The notes below the pieces were generated by a model, which was not told the origin of the DNA, did not search any database, and saw only the letters and a program-made list of their open reading frames with translations. The position numbers and the translations under genes are program-made. Positions 47,185-59,027 of a stretch of DNA of 64,000 nucleotides are shown here, piece by piece. Positions within the stretch are counted from its first letter, which is position 1. Each line of letters begins with the position of its first letter. This DNA comes from Veleropilina oligotropha (taxonomy: Eukaryota): contig JBEUKZ010000047.1 of NCBI GenBank assembly GCA_048128005.1, positions 310,001 through 374,000 on the forward strand, read 5' to 3'.

Positions 47185-47396
47185 CTGGCTTGATTCCGCT
47201 AATGCGAACAGTAGTGGGTTCAATACCTGGCTGAGGCATTGAAATTTGTTCAAGTTATGAATCACAGTTGTCCGTGACTGGCCGGAGAGGGCGGGTTTAC
47301 CCGGGCGACTGGGGTTTCCTCCCGCGATAACACGGACATGTCCTGCCTTGAACCTCGATGTTGTAAATATACAGGAAATTAAGCATCATTCCTCCC
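47185..47396 (+). mobile_element. tRNA-derived SINE
   Basis: Interrupts the CR1/L2-like frame between ...SLLRM and KQLINKPTR. B-box-like GGTTCAATACC and a TCC-rich tail. Confidence 0.7.
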
Positions 47397-47725
47397 TCAT
47401 GCGAAGTAATGAACGGATGGTATTGTCCTTCAGCTGATTAAAGTCGCCTGTTAGCATTATGCCTGCATATGGATGTTTTTGTCGTATGGAATCAACGCAC
47501 CGGAGTATGTGATCCACTAACGGTCGGTCATTGTTGTTATGAGGGTGATATACTACACCTAAAATAACGTGACTGCATAATCTAGGCATCTTAGTAGATT
47601 TTAATGTTACCCAAATTGTCTCAAAATCATCCTCGTAAAGGTGTGACCACTCTCTGTATGCTAGGAGTTTCTTTATATATACCAACACACCTCCGCCTTT
47701 TTTGTGAGGTCTATCGTTTCTACAC

Positions 47726-47852
47726 GTGACTGGCCGAAGAGGGCGGGTTTACCCGGCGACCGGGGTTTCCTCCCGCGATAACACGGACATGTCCTGCCTT
47801 GAACCTCGATGTTATAAATATACGGGACATTAAGCATAATTCCTCCTCCTCC
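47726..47852 (+). mobile_element. 5'-truncated SINE with 12-bp TSD (duplicate of 522-648)
   Basis: TCGTTTCTACAC on both sides; offset 47204 from the first copy. Confidence 0.8.
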
Positions 47853-48789
47853 TCGTTTCTACACATGCCATAACCGTCAATCTGAATCATATTGTCACTA
47901 ATACCACCGTGACACCACGATTCTGTCACACATATGATATCAGTTTGATGCTCTTCGGCAGACACAGTTAAATCATCCACTTTTGACAGACACGATCGTA
48001 GGTTTGCGCACATAATGGATGGTAAGCAGCAACTAACATCCAACTAACATTGGATGTTAGTTCAATCAAATTGGATTTCATTACAGATCTATTATGCTTA
48101 TTGCATTGGGCCGACGTAACTCTAACTGGAATACGTGAGCCATTGCTAAAGTCACGAGACTGTGTATTGCGTGGTTCCCAAATGTTCAGAATGAAAATCG
48201 ATTTACGTACATGTCTCTTTAACTTGCACATTGGCGAATTTTGCAAAGCCTTTAAAAATGTTGAACTGTACTTGGCGACAAACATTATCGCGGCATATAA
48301 TGTTCAGTGAAGCGGCTGAAGATCTCACCTCTTAATTCCAGTTGAACAAAAGACGCTAATCAGATCACTCTGACAGGTAGTCCTGCTATTGTAAGGAAAA
48401 CAATAGAGGTTCACGATTTATGTCCTGGATGACAAACTCAGTTTTGTTTGAAGATTTGATTTGATTTGATTTGATGTTTAACGACCACGCCGACACTATT
48501 TGGTCATAATCGGGTCGGTCAAGTTGACTATATAATAATTTAATATAAAAAGTTAAAAGTTACGATAGTAAATACCGATGTAATAAGAGTTGTAAATAAA
48601 ACAAAGCAATATATTTACAAATAAAATCAAGTTAAGATAAAAATCAATGTAATTTAGATAAAAACAGCAATAAAATAAAATTTAAAAGCTATGATCAAAT
48701 GTTTGCTAAAAACAAGTATAATAATAAAATAGTATAATAATACACAAAATATAGAATTGTCATAAAGGAAATAAAAATATAAATAAAAA

Positions 48790-51700
48790 TTATAACTTAT
48801 AGAAAATATTTACTTGTTTTAAAAATTCAAATACGGCTTCGAGCTTATTAAGATTAAATAACTCTTGGAGTGAATTTGCCCTAAAATAGCTTTGGCGTGC
48901 GAGATCCAAATCGACACAATCCAATAAAATATGTTTAATTGTTAGGGCAGTTGCACAAGGAATACACTCAGGTGGAGGCTCCCCTTTAAGCAAGTAGGAG
49001 TGAGTGTAGTGAGAATGCCCAATCCTCAGTCTGGCCAAGACCACCTCCTCTCGCCGAGTTGGTCTGTAAGAGGGGCCCCAATCGCCAAGAAGAGGTTGGA
49101 CATTCTGCAGTTTATTCCTTGTGCATTCATTCCAAGAGTGCTGCCAAGTAGAATTTATATATTTGTTTATGCTTTGTTTAAAATCTGAGTGTGGTAGTTT
49201 ACAATTTAGTATATTATTAAAATGCGAGGCTGCCTTGGCAGCATGGTCAGCCTTCTCGTTGCCTTGGATACCGATATGGCTCGGTATCCAGCAAAAAACA
49301 ATGTCATTGTCAGGTAAAAGGTTGTTATATTTTAATAAAATTTCCTGAACAATAACATTTCTATCCATCTCCCTCAGTGCTTGTAAGCTAGAGAGGGAGT
49401 CTGAATAAATAATAAAACGCTGTTTAAGACTTGTAGAGATAAATTTAAGAGCAAGCTCGATTGCTTTAAGTTCTGCAGTATATATAGTCGCGCTGCCTGG
49501 CAGACGGTTTTGAAAACATTGTCTGCCAGTGACAGCGGCTGCTCCTACTAATTCTGCATCTTTTGAACCATCTGTGTATATGCTTGCACGATCCGAATAT
49601 TTCAATTTCAGATCGTGCAATTTTAAGAGATAATCTGTTGTTTCTGTGTCTGATTTTTTTAGTGATGTAAGTTGTAGGTCAATTACCGGTGCTTTTAGTG
49701 TCCATGGTGGAGTAACCGGAATGTGATTTGTTTTAATTTGACCTAAATGTATGCCTGAGTTATCTAGTGCAGGTTTGATGCGGATGCCGAATGGTGCAAT
49801 TTTGTTTGGTTTTGCCTGAAATAAGTTTTCGTAATTTGGTGCAAATACAGTTTCGAAAGCTGGGTTAGATGGATTTGATTTTAATTTAATTGCGTATTGC
49901 AGTGACAATTTTTCACGTCTGTGTGTGAGAGATGGCTCATTGGCTTCGACATAGAGGCTTTCCATGGGTGATGTACGGAAAGCCCCCAGTGCAAGTCGAA
50001 GCCCTTGGTTATGGATTGGATCAAGCATTTTAAGGTATGAATGGCGAGCAGAGCCATATACAATGCTCCCATAATCAAGTTTAGATCTAATTAAAGATCT
50101 ATATAATCTAAGTAAAACTTTTTTATCGGCACCCCATTCAGTATTAGAAACTACTTTCATTAAATTTAAAGCTTTTTTACATTTAGCTTTAATGTATTTT
50201 AAATGCGGTATGAAAGACAGTTTTCGGTCAAATACAAGGCCTAAAAATTTAAATTGATCTACCACTGGAATCTCAAAGTCATCCAGCTTCAACACAGGGT
50301 CGTCATGTATTTCACGACGCTGGCAGAAGTGCATGCATTTAGTTTTGTCCTTTGAGAATTTAAATCCATTCTCATCGGACCATATCTGTAATTTATTTAG
50401 GCCATGTTGTAACTGGCGTTCTATACTGTTCATATTTGTTGAACGATAGCAAATGCCAAAATCGTCAACAAATAATGAACAGTCAGTGCCAGTACTAATA
50501 CATTTGACGATACTGTTTATTTTAATACTGAATAGGGTGACTGATAAAATACTTCCTTGAGGGACACCCATCTCCTGGTCGTGGATATCGGAGAGGGTGT
50601 CACCCACCTTGACTTGAAAATTTCTATCCTCAAGGAATTTCGAAATAAAATTGGGCAAGTGGCCCTTTAAACCAAAATCAAACAAATCATTCATAATCCC
50701 GTACTTCCAAGTAGTGTCGTAGGCCTTCTCTAGATCGAAAAAAACAGCAACTAAATGTTGTCTGTTTAGGAAGGCCTCACGAACAAAAGTTTCCAGACGT
50801 ACCAAGTGATCTGTGGTGCTCCGGTTGCGCCGGAACCCACATTGATATTCTGTAAGTAAATTATTTGATTCTAAGTACCAAACTAATCTCTCGTTTATCA
50901 TCCTTTCCATGGTTTTACAAATACAACTCGTCAGGGCTATGGGTCGATAACTGTTGGGATGTGATGTATCTTTTCCCGCCTTTGCAATTGGGATAATTGT
51001 AGCTTCCCTCCACGAGGGAGGGAATGTTCCAGTTTCCCAGATAGTATTGAATATTGCAAGTAGAGTTGTAAGTGATGTTGCAGGTAAGTGCTTAAGTAAT
51101 TGATAGTGAATGTCATCAGGGCCAACTGTTGTGTCATGTGCCTTGTTTAGTGAATCTGTGAGTTCCTTGTGTGAAAATGGCTGATTGTATGACTCTGTAT
51201 TGTTGGATCTAAAATTGAGCCTTGTTTTTTCTTTTTGATGCTTAAAACGGCTGAATTTTGGAGTGCAGTTGTCGGATGATGAATTGGCAGAAAATGTGTC
51301 TGCCAAGGTGTTTGCGATGTCTTTAGCCGTGTTGGCTTCTGAATTGGTTGTTTTAAGGTGCTTGATGCAGTTGGGTGTATGCTTGCCGCTGATTTTACGG
51401 ATCATATCCCATGTTTTTTTAATAGTGGAACGAGAGTTTAGTTTGGTAACGTAGGAATGCCAGGATTCCCTTTTGCTGTGCTTGATGGTACGTCTGGCTT
51501 GTGCTCTTAATAGCCTAAAGCTATTAAGATTTTGTAGTGTTGGGTACTGTTTAAATGTTGAAATTGCATGTATGCGTGCTTTGATTGCTTGTCTGCAGTC
51601 TTCATTAAACCAAGGTTTACTTTTGTGTTTTGCATTTGGGCAGGTCTTTGGAATTGAGAGTGTTGCAATGTCATGTAATGTCGTAGAGAAACTTGATATT

Positions 51701-52473
51701 GGGTCATCGCCAGTAGCGAAGTTGTTTGAATGTAATTGGTCTTCGCAAAGGGATTGGAATCTTGGCCAATCAGCTTTGTAAAGTTTCCACCTTTCAGTGT
51801 ATGTTTGTGCTTGGTTAATTGTGCTTTCCAGGAAAATTGGAAAGTGGTCGCTTCCGCGGAGGTCCTCACCAACTTTCCAAGTAAAGTCCAGGAAAGCAGA
51901 TGGGTCGCACATGGTAAGGTCAATGGTGGTAAGTGAGCCTGTAGGTGGATGCATGTATGTTGGCGATTTGGTAGTATTAAATAAACACAGATTGTGTTTC
52001 CCAATAAAGTCCTCTATTTGATGTCCCCGTTTATCTGTATCAGTACCGCCCCAATCCGTACTGTGGGCGTTAAAATCGCCACACAATATAAATGGGGTCG
52101 GTAGCTGATTGATGAGATTGTCAAGGTCAGTAGGTCGTAAGTTTGTACTAGGTGGTAAGTATACCGAGCAGATAGTTATTACTCGGTGAGTCGATATTTT
52201 CACTGCTACTGCCTGTAAGTTTGTGTTTAAGTTGACCTGACTGTGTGGTGTTCTGTTGTTGACAATGATTGAAACCCCCCCTGTTGCTTTGTCACCAGTG
52301 GTGACAATGTGATTGTATAGTGAGTGGTCTTTGATATGTATGTTGTCTGTGAGTTTCATGAAGGTTTCATTAAGACATAATGCTGTTGGTTTGTGTTCTT
52401 GAATTAATAGACTGATCTCATCAATATTAGGTTTAATGCCTCTACAATTCCATTGTATTATTGTGCCTGACAT
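48790..52473 (-). CDS. A3 ORF2 APE-RT-RNase H (1227 aa, intact)
   Basis: Uninterrupted version of A1 ORF2. Confidence 0.96.
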   Translation of the reverse strand: MSGTIIQWNCRGIKPNIDEISLLIQEHKPTALCLNETFMKLTDNIHIKDHSLYNHIVTTGDKATGGVSIIVNNRTPHSQVNLNTNLQAVAVKISTHRVITICSVYLPPSTNLRPTDLDNLINQLPTPFILCGDFNAHSTDWGGTDTDKRGHQIEDFIGKHNLCLFNTTKSPTYMHPPTGSLTTIDLTMCDPSAFLDFTWKVGEDLRGSDHFPIFLESTINQAQTYTERWKLYKADWPRFQSLCEDQLHSNNFATGDDPISSFSTTLHDIATLSIPKTCPNAKHKSKPWFNEDCRQAIKARIHAISTFKQYPTLQNLNSFRLLRAQARRTIKHSKRESWHSYVTKLNSRSTIKKTWDMIRKISGKHTPNCIKHLKTTNSEANTAKDIANTLADTFSANSSSDNCTPKFSRFKHQKEKTRLNFRSNNTESYNQPFSHKELTDSLNKAHDTTVGPDDIHYQLLKHLPATSLTTLLAIFNTIWETGTFPPSWREATIIPIAKAGKDTSHPNSYRPIALTSCICKTMERMINERLVWYLESNNLLTEYQCGFRRNRSTTDHLVRLETFVREAFLNRQHLVAVFFDLEKAYDTTWKYGIMNDLFDFGLKGHLPNFISKFLEDRNFQVKVGDTLSDIHDQEMGVPQGSILSVTLFSIKINSIVKCISTGTDCSLFVDDFGICYRSTNMNSIERQLQHGLNKLQIWSDENGFKFSKDKTKCMHFCQRREIHDDPVLKLDDFEIPVVDQFKFLGLVFDRKLSFIPHLKYIKAKCKKALNLMKVVSNTEWGADKKVLLRLYRSLIRSKLDYGSIVYGSARHSYLKMLDPIHNQGLRLALGAFRTSPMESLYVEANEPSLTHRREKLSLQYAIKLKSNPSNPAFETVFAPNYENLFQAKPNKIAPFGIRIKPALDNSGIHLGQIKTNHIPVTPPWTLKAPVIDLQLTSLKKSDTETTDYLLKLHDLKLKYSDRASIYTDGSKDAELVGAAAVTGRQCFQNRLPGSATIYTAELKAIELALKFISTSLKQRFIIYSDSLSSLQALREMDRNVIVQEILLKYNNLLPDNDIVFCWIPSHIGIQGNEKADHAAKAASHFNNILNCKLPHSDFKQSINKYINSTWQHSWNECTRNKLQNVQPLLGDWGPSYRPTRREEVVLARLRIGHSHYTHSYLLKGEPPPECIPCATALTIKHILLDCVDLDLARQSYFRANSLQELFNLNKLEAVFEFLKQVNIFYKL

Positions 52474-53793
52474 GTTGGTTTAATGGTGTGTGTATTAAGT
52501 TATTTGTTTGTAGTGTTATGTTAAAATTTGCCTATTTATTCGGTGGAAGTACGGGCTTGATGGGACGTTTTGGCTTGTGCGGGCGATCCAATGGCTGATC
52601 GCTTTCCATTGGATCGTTGGCTGGAGGAAGCGGCCCAGGTGTTTCGGGGCTCTCCTCCGTCTGCCGGTGTAATTTGTCTGCTGCCGCCTTCCCACCCTTC
52701 ATGGCAGCAGCAACAATTTCGGACGCGAGGTCCTCGATAATCGTGTCGGTATTATCAATTTGGTCATCTGATGGTTCGTTAGTATCCATCAGGTGACCAA
52801 AGCGATTATGCAGCTTAATAGGGTCCTCGGACCCTTTGGGCTGTCGGTCTGTCTTTATTGTTTGGTTTTTAATGGCTGCTGCCTTGCGAACAGCAGCAGC
52901 CTCTTTTTTAGAGTTATGAGTAGTAGGTTTGATTGATGTTTGTGTTGATTCTGATGATGATGATGCTAACTTGTTTCGAGATGGTACAGTACTGAAGAAT
53001 GGTTTGCCAGATGGCCAGGTAATATCAGTTTGCGTCGAAGAGGATCGAGTGATCGGCTTTTGCTCCGGTGCTGCAGCAATTGCAGCATAGGATCTGCCCG
53101 AAGTAGTGCGGGATTCCACCAGTTTCCTGGCATCCGGGAAAGAGATCCGGTCGATGGTCTTGACCCTCTGGATCTCTTTCTCGTGCTTCCACTTCGGACA
53201 GTCCTTAGAGTAAGCGCAGTGCTTACCCTTGCAATTGGTGCACAGAGGCTGTTGGGAGCAAGAGTCAGAGTCATGACCCTCTTCGCTACAACGAGCACAT
53301 GCGGGATTTCTTCTGCATCGGTCTTTGTGATGCCCAAATGCCTGGCATTTGAAGCATCTCAAGGGATTTGGAATGTATGGTTCTACAGGGATGTTGATGT
53401 AACCAGCTTTAACATATTTCGGAAGCACTGGAAGGCGGAAGTCCAAGATGATGGTGTTGATGGGGACTTTCTGATTTGATTTGATGTTTAACGACCACGC
53501 CGACACTAATGGTCATAATCGGGTCGGTCAAGTTAATTATACAATAGTTTAATATAAAAAGTTAAAAGTTGAGATATATATTTACTAATAAAATATCAAT
53601 GCAATAAAACATATGTGATAAATAATAAAAACAATTCAATATATTTACAAGTAAAATAAACACAATGCAAATTTGGATAAAAATAAGATCAAATGTTTGC
53701 TAAAAACGAGTATAATAATAAAATAGTATAATAATAAAATAAAAGAAATTTATGTAGAATTTAGTCATAAAGGAAATAAAAGTATACATAAAA

Positions 53794-56700
53794 TTATAAC
53801 TTATGGAAAATATTTACCTGTTTTAAAAATTCAAATACGGCTTCGAGCTTATTAAGATTAAATAACTCTTGGAGTGAATTTGCCCTAAAATACCTTTGGC
53901 GTGCGAGATCCAAATCGACACAATCCAATAATATATGTTTAATTGTTAGGGCAGTTGCACAAGGAATACACTCAGGTGGAGGCTCCCCTTTAAGCAAGTA
54001 GGAGTGAGTGTAGTGAGAATGCCCAATTCTCAGTCTGGCCAAGACGACCTCCTCTCGCCGAGATGGCCTGCAAGAGGGTCCCCAGTCACCAAGAAGAGGT
54101 TGGACATTCTGCAGTTTATTCCTTGTGCATTCACTCCAAGAGTGCTGCCAAGTAGAATTTATATATTTGTTTATGCTTTGTTTAAAATCTGAGTGTGGTA
54201 GTTTACAATTTAGTATATTGTTAAAATGTGAGGCTGCCTTGGCAGCTTGGTCAGCCTTCTCATTGCCTTGGATACCGATATGGCTCGGTATCCAGCATAA
54301 AACAATGTCATTGTCAGGTAAAAGGTTGTTATAGTTTAATAAAATTTCCTGAACAATAACATTTCTATTCATCTCCCTGAGTGCTTGTAAGCTAGAGAGG
54401 GAGTCTGAATAGATAATAAAACGCCGTTTAGTACTTGTAGAGATAAAATTAAGAGCAAGCTCGATTGCTTTTAGTTCTGCAGTATAAATAGTCGCGCTGC
54501 CTGGCAGACGGTTTTGAAAACATTGTCTGCCAGTGACAGCGGCTGCTCCTACTAATTCTGCATCTTTTGAACCATCTGTGTATATGCTTGCACGATCTGA
54601 ATATTTTAATTTCAGATCGTGCCATTTTGACAGATAATCTGTTGTTTCTGTGTTTGATTTTTTGAGTGATGTAAGTTGTAGATCAATTACCGGTACTTTC
54701 AGTGTCCATGGTGGAGTATCCGGAATGTGAATTGTTTTAATTTGACCTACATGTATGCCCGCATTTTCTAGTGCTGGTTTTATGCGGATGCCAAACGGTG
54801 CAATTTTGTTTGGTTTTGCCTGAAATAGGTTTTCGTAATTTGGTGTATAGACAGTTTCGAAAGCTGGGTTAGATGGATTTGATTTTAATTTTATTGCATA
54901 TTGTAGTGATAGTTTTTCACGTCTGAGTGTAAGAGATGGTTCATTGGCTTCGACGTAGAGGCTCTCCATGGGTGATGTGCGAAAAGCCCCTAATGCAAGT
55001 CGAAGCCCTTGATTATGGATTGGATCAAGCATTTTAAGATATGAATGGCGAGCAGAGCCATATACTATGCTCCCATAATCAAGTTTTGATCTAATTAATG
55101 ATCTATATAGTCGTAATAAAACTGTTTTATCAGCACCCCATTCAGTATTAGAAACTACTTTCATTATATTTAAAGCTTTTTTACATTTAGCTTTAATGTA
55201 TTTTAAATGCGGTATGAAAGACAGTTTTCGGTCAAATACAAGGCCTAAAAATTTAAATTCGTCTACCACTGGTATCTCAAAGTCATCCAGCTTCAACACA
55301 GGGTCGTCATGTATTTCACGACGCTGGCAGAAGTGCATGCATTTAGTTTTGTCCTTTGAGAATTTAAATCCATTCTCATCGGACCATATCTGTAATTTAT
55401 TTAGGCCATGTTGTAGCTGGCGTTCTATACTGTTCATATTTGTTGAACGATAGCAAATGCCAAAATCGTCAACAAACAATGAACAGTCAGTGCCAGTACT
55501 AATACATTTGACGATACTGTTTATTTTAATACTGAATAGGGTGACTGATAAAATACTTCCTTGAGGGACACCCATCTCCTGGTCGTGGATATCGGAGAGG
55601 GTGTCACCCACCTTAACTTTAAAATTTCTATCCTCAAGGAATTTCGAAATAAAATTGGGCAAGTGGCCCTTTAAACCAAAATCAAACAAATCATTCATAA
55701 TCCCGTACTTCCAAATAGTGTCGTAGGCCTTCTCTAGATCGAAAAAAACAGCAACTAAATGTTGTCTGTTTAGGAAGGCCTCACGAACAAAAGTTTCCAG
55801 ACGTACCAAGTGATCTGTGGTGCTCCGGTTGCGCCGGAACCCACATTGATATTCTGTAAGTAAATTATTTGATTCTAAGTACCAAACTAATCTCTCGTTT
55901 ATCATCCGTTCCATGGTTTTACAAATACAACTCGTCAGGGCTATGGGTCGATAACTGTTGGGATGTGATGTATCTTTTCCCGCCTTTGCAATTGGGATAA
56001 TTGTAGCTTCCCTCCACGAGGGAGGGAAGGTTCCAGTTTCCCAGATAGTATTGAATATTGCAAGTAGAGTTGTAAGTGATGTTCCAGGTAAGTGCTTAAG
56101 TAATTGATAGTGAATGTCATCAGGGCCAACTGATGTGTCATGTGCCTTGTTTAGTGAATCTGTGAGTTCCTTGTGTGAAAATGGCTGATTGTACGACTCT
56201 GTATTGTTGGATCGAAAATTGAGCCTTGTTTTTTCTTTTTGATGCTTAAAACGGCTGAATTTTGGAGTGCAGTTGTCGGATGATGAATTGGCAGAAAAGG
56301 TATCTGCCATTGTGTTTGCAATGTCTTTAGCTGTGGTTGCTTCTGATGTGTTTGTTTTAAGGTGCTTGATGCAGTTGGGTGTATGTTTGCCGCTAATTTT
56401 ACGGATCATATCCCATGTTTTTTTAATAGTGGAACGAGAGTTTAGTTTGGTAACGTAGGAATGCCAGGATTCCCTTTTGCTGTGCTTGATGGTACGTCTG
56501 GCCTGTGCTCTTAATAGCCTAAAGCTATTAAGATTTTGTAGTGTTGGGTGCTGTTTAAATGTTGAAATTGCATGTATGCGTGCTTTGATTGCTTGTCTGC
56601 AGTCTTCATTAAACCAAGGTTTATTTTTGTGTTTGGCATTTGGACAGGTTTTTGGAATTGAGAGTGTTGCAATGTCATGTAGTGTTGTAGAGAAACTTGA

Positions 56701-57477
56701 TATTGGGTCTTCGCCATGAGTTAATTGATGCGAGTGTAATTGCTCTTCACAAAGAAATTGGAATTTCTCCCAATCTGCTTTGCGAAGTTTCCACCTTTCT
56801 GTATGTTCTTGTGCTTGATTGATTGTGCTTTCCAGGAAAATTGGAAAGTGGTCGCTTCCGTGGAGGTCTTCACCAACTTTCCAAGTAAAGTCCAGGAAAG
56901 CAGTTGGATCGCACATGGTAAGGTCAATGGTGGTAAGTGAACCTGTAGGTGGATGAATGTATGTTGGCGATTTGGTAGTATTAAATAGACACATATTGTG
57001 TCTCCCAATAAAGTCCTCTATTTGATGTCCCCGTTTATCAGTGTCAGTACCGCCCCAATCAGTACTATGGGCGTTAAAATCGCCACACAGTACAAATGGG
57101 GTCGGTAGCTGATCGATGAGATCGTCAAGGTCAGTAGGATGTATGTTTATGCTAGGTGGTAAGTATACCGAGCAAATGGTTATCACTCGGTGAGTTGATA
57201 TTTTCACCGCTACTGCCTGTAAGGTGGTGTTTAAGTTGACCTGGCTGTGTGGTGTTTTGTTGTTGATGATGATTGAAACCCCCCCTGTAGCCTTGTCACC
57301 TGTGGTAACAATGTGATTATATAGTGAATGATCTTTAATGCGTATGTTGTCTGTGAGTTTCATGTAAGTTTCATTGAGACAAAATGCTATTGGTTTGTGG
57401 TCTTGTATAAGTAAATTGATCTCATTAATATTCGGTTTAATGCCTCTACAATTCCATTGTATTATTGTGCCTGACAT
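53794..57477 (-). CDS. E ORF2 APE-RT-RNase H (1227 aa, intact)
   Basis: Same motifs as B1 ORF2. Confidence 0.97.
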   Translation of the reverse strand: MSGTIIQWNCRGIKPNINEINLLIQDHKPIAFCLNETYMKLTDNIRIKDHSLYNHIVTTGDKATGGVSIIINNKTPHSQVNLNTTLQAVAVKISTHRVITICSVYLPPSINIHPTDLDDLIDQLPTPFVLCGDFNAHSTDWGGTDTDKRGHQIEDFIGRHNMCLFNTTKSPTYIHPPTGSLTTIDLTMCDPTAFLDFTWKVGEDLHGSDHFPIFLESTINQAQEHTERWKLRKADWEKFQFLCEEQLHSHQLTHGEDPISSFSTTLHDIATLSIPKTCPNAKHKNKPWFNEDCRQAIKARIHAISTFKQHPTLQNLNSFRLLRAQARRTIKHSKRESWHSYVTKLNSRSTIKKTWDMIRKISGKHTPNCIKHLKTNTSEATTAKDIANTMADTFSANSSSDNCTPKFSRFKHQKEKTRLNFRSNNTESYNQPFSHKELTDSLNKAHDTSVGPDDIHYQLLKHLPGTSLTTLLAIFNTIWETGTFPPSWREATIIPIAKAGKDTSHPNSYRPIALTSCICKTMERMINERLVWYLESNNLLTEYQCGFRRNRSTTDHLVRLETFVREAFLNRQHLVAVFFDLEKAYDTIWKYGIMNDLFDFGLKGHLPNFISKFLEDRNFKVKVGDTLSDIHDQEMGVPQGSILSVTLFSIKINSIVKCISTGTDCSLFVDDFGICYRSTNMNSIERQLQHGLNKLQIWSDENGFKFSKDKTKCMHFCQRREIHDDPVLKLDDFEIPVVDEFKFLGLVFDRKLSFIPHLKYIKAKCKKALNIMKVVSNTEWGADKTVLLRLYRSLIRSKLDYGSIVYGSARHSYLKMLDPIHNQGLRLALGAFRTSPMESLYVEANEPSLTLRREKLSLQYAIKLKSNPSNPAFETVYTPNYENLFQAKPNKIAPFGIRIKPALENAGIHVGQIKTIHIPDTPPWTLKVPVIDLQLTSLKKSNTETTDYLSKWHDLKLKYSDRASIYTDGSKDAELVGAAAVTGRQCFQNRLPGSATIYTAELKAIELALNFISTSTKRRFIIYSDSLSSLQALREMNRNVIVQEILLNYNNLLPDNDIVLCWIPSHIGIQGNEKADQAAKAASHFNNILNCKLPHSDFKQSINKYINSTWQHSWSECTRNKLQNVQPLLGDWGPSCRPSRREEVVLARLRIGHSHYTHSYLLKGEPPPECIPCATALTIKHILLDCVDLDLARQRYFRANSLQELFNLNKLEAVFEFLKQVNIFHKL

Positions 57478-57533
57478 GTTGGTTTAATGGTGTGTATTAA
57501 GTGATTTGCTTGTAATGTTAAGTTTAAATTTGC

Positions 57534-59027
57534 CTATTTATTCGGTGGAAGTACGGGCTTTATGGCAAGTTTCGGTTTTTCTTTATGCGAGCGATCCAAT
57601 GGCTGATCGTTTTCCATTGGATCGTCGGCAGGAAGAGGTGGCCCAGGTGGTTCAGGGCTCTCAGTCTGCCGGTGTAGTTTGGCTGCTGCCGCCCTCCCAC
57701 TCTTCGTGGCCGCAGCAACAATTTCGGACGCAAGGTCCTCAATAATAGTGTCAGTATTATCAATTTGGTCATCTGATGGTTCGTTAGTATCCATCAGGTG
57801 ACCAAAGCGATTATGCAGCTTAATAGGGTCCTCGGATCCCTTCGGCTGTCGGTCTGGCTTTAATGTTGTTGTTTTTTTAGAGGTTGCTGCCTTGCGAACA
57901 GCAGCAGCCTCTTTTTTAGAGTTGCGAGTAGGTTTGTTTGGTGGTTTGATTGGATTGTTTGATGTTTGAGTTGATTCTGATGATGATGGTGCTAAATTGT
58001 TTCGAGATGGCAAAGTACGGAAGAATGCTTCGCCAAATGGCCAGGTAATGTCAGTTTGTGTCGAAGAGGATCTAGTGACTGGCTTTTGCTCCGGTGCTGC
58101 AGCAATTGCAGCATAGGATTTACCCGAAGTGGTCCTGGATTCAACCAGTTTCCTGGCATCAGGGAAAGAGATCCGGTCGATAGGTTTGACCCTTTGGATC
58201 TCTTTCTCATGCTTCCACTTCGGGCAGTCCTTAGAGTAAGCAAAATGCTTACCCTTGCAATTGCAGCATAGTGGTGGCTTGGAGCAGGAGTCAGACTCGT
58301 GACCCTCCTCGCTACATCGAGCACATGCGGGATTCCTTCTGCATCGGTCCTTGTGATGCCCAAATGACTGGCATTTGAAGCATCTCAAGGGGTTTGGGAT
58401 GTAGGGCTCTACAGGGATGATAATATAACCAGCTTTAATTGTTCTAGGTAGAACAGGAAGGCGGAAGTCCAGAATGATGGTATTGATGGGGATCTTCTTT
58501 CCATCTTTAAACATGGTCAGGCGTGTGACCTTGGTCACACCCTGGCTCTTCATGCCTTCCAGCAGTTCCTGTTCGCTGCATCCCTGCAGGTCCCTAGATC
58601 TAATAACTCCCTTGGAGCTGTTCAAGGACCGATGCGGTCTGATTTCTACGGGGATGTTTACAAACGTGTCGGTTCGAAGGAGATTCTCCGCATGGCTCTT
58701 CCTGGCGCATTCGACCAGTAGGGTGCCATCTCGAAGTTTCTTGACTGATCGAGGTTCGCCAGCAAGACCAAGGATGGCCTTGGAGATGGCGAAGGGACTC
58801 AAAGAAGTAATAGGATTATTTGAGTTAAGTGCCTCGATCGTCAAGAAACGGGGCCAACTTTCCGGTACAGGTGGAGGAGGATTAGGTTGATATGGTGCCT
58901 CTCTCTCAGGATCGAAAGGGATAGACCGGATAGCGGCCATGAATTTAGCATCGTCATCAGAATCAGAATCTATCTCATTAATGTTTTTTCGCCTTTTGGT
59001 TGCGTGATGTCTTAATTTGTGTGCCAT
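57534..59027 (-). CDS. E ORF1 zinc-knuckle protein (497 aa)
   Basis: B-like ORF1 with three knuckles. Confidence 0.92.
   Translation of the reverse strand: MAHKLRHHATKRRKNINEIDSDSDDDAKFMAAIRSIPFDPEREAPYQPNPPPPVPESWPRFLTIEALNSNNPITSLSPFAISKAILGLAGEPRSVKKLRDGTLLVECARKSHAENLLRTDTFVNIPVEIRPHRSLNSSKGVIRSRDLQGCSEQELLEGMKSQGVTKVTRLTMFKDGKKIPINTIILDFRLPVLPRTIKAGYIIIPVEPYIPNPLRCFKCQSFGHHKDRCRRNPACARCSEEGHESDSCSKPPLCCNCKGKHFAYSKDCPKWKHEKEIQRVKPIDRISFPDARKLVESRTTSGKSYAAIAAAPEQKPVTRSSSTQTDITWPFGEAFFRTLPSRNNLAPSSSESTQTSNNPIKPPNKPTRNSKKEAAAVRKAATSKKTTTLKPDRQPKGSEDPIKLHNRFGHLMDTNEPSDDQIDNTDTIIEDLASEIVAAATKSGRAAAAKLHRQTESPEPPGPPLPADDPMENDQPLDRSHKEKPKLAIKPVLPPNK

Larger units (their letters stand above)
41953..48044 (-). 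mobile_element. Decayed CR1/L2-like LINE (APE + RT), interrupted by the hAT element and two SINEs
   Basis: APE motifs at 47397-48044; SDHNA, KPWIT, KATGPDEIP, PISLT and DFSKAFD in 45844-47184; PQG and YVDD in 41953-42220. The pieces join once the insertions are removed. Confidence 0.85.
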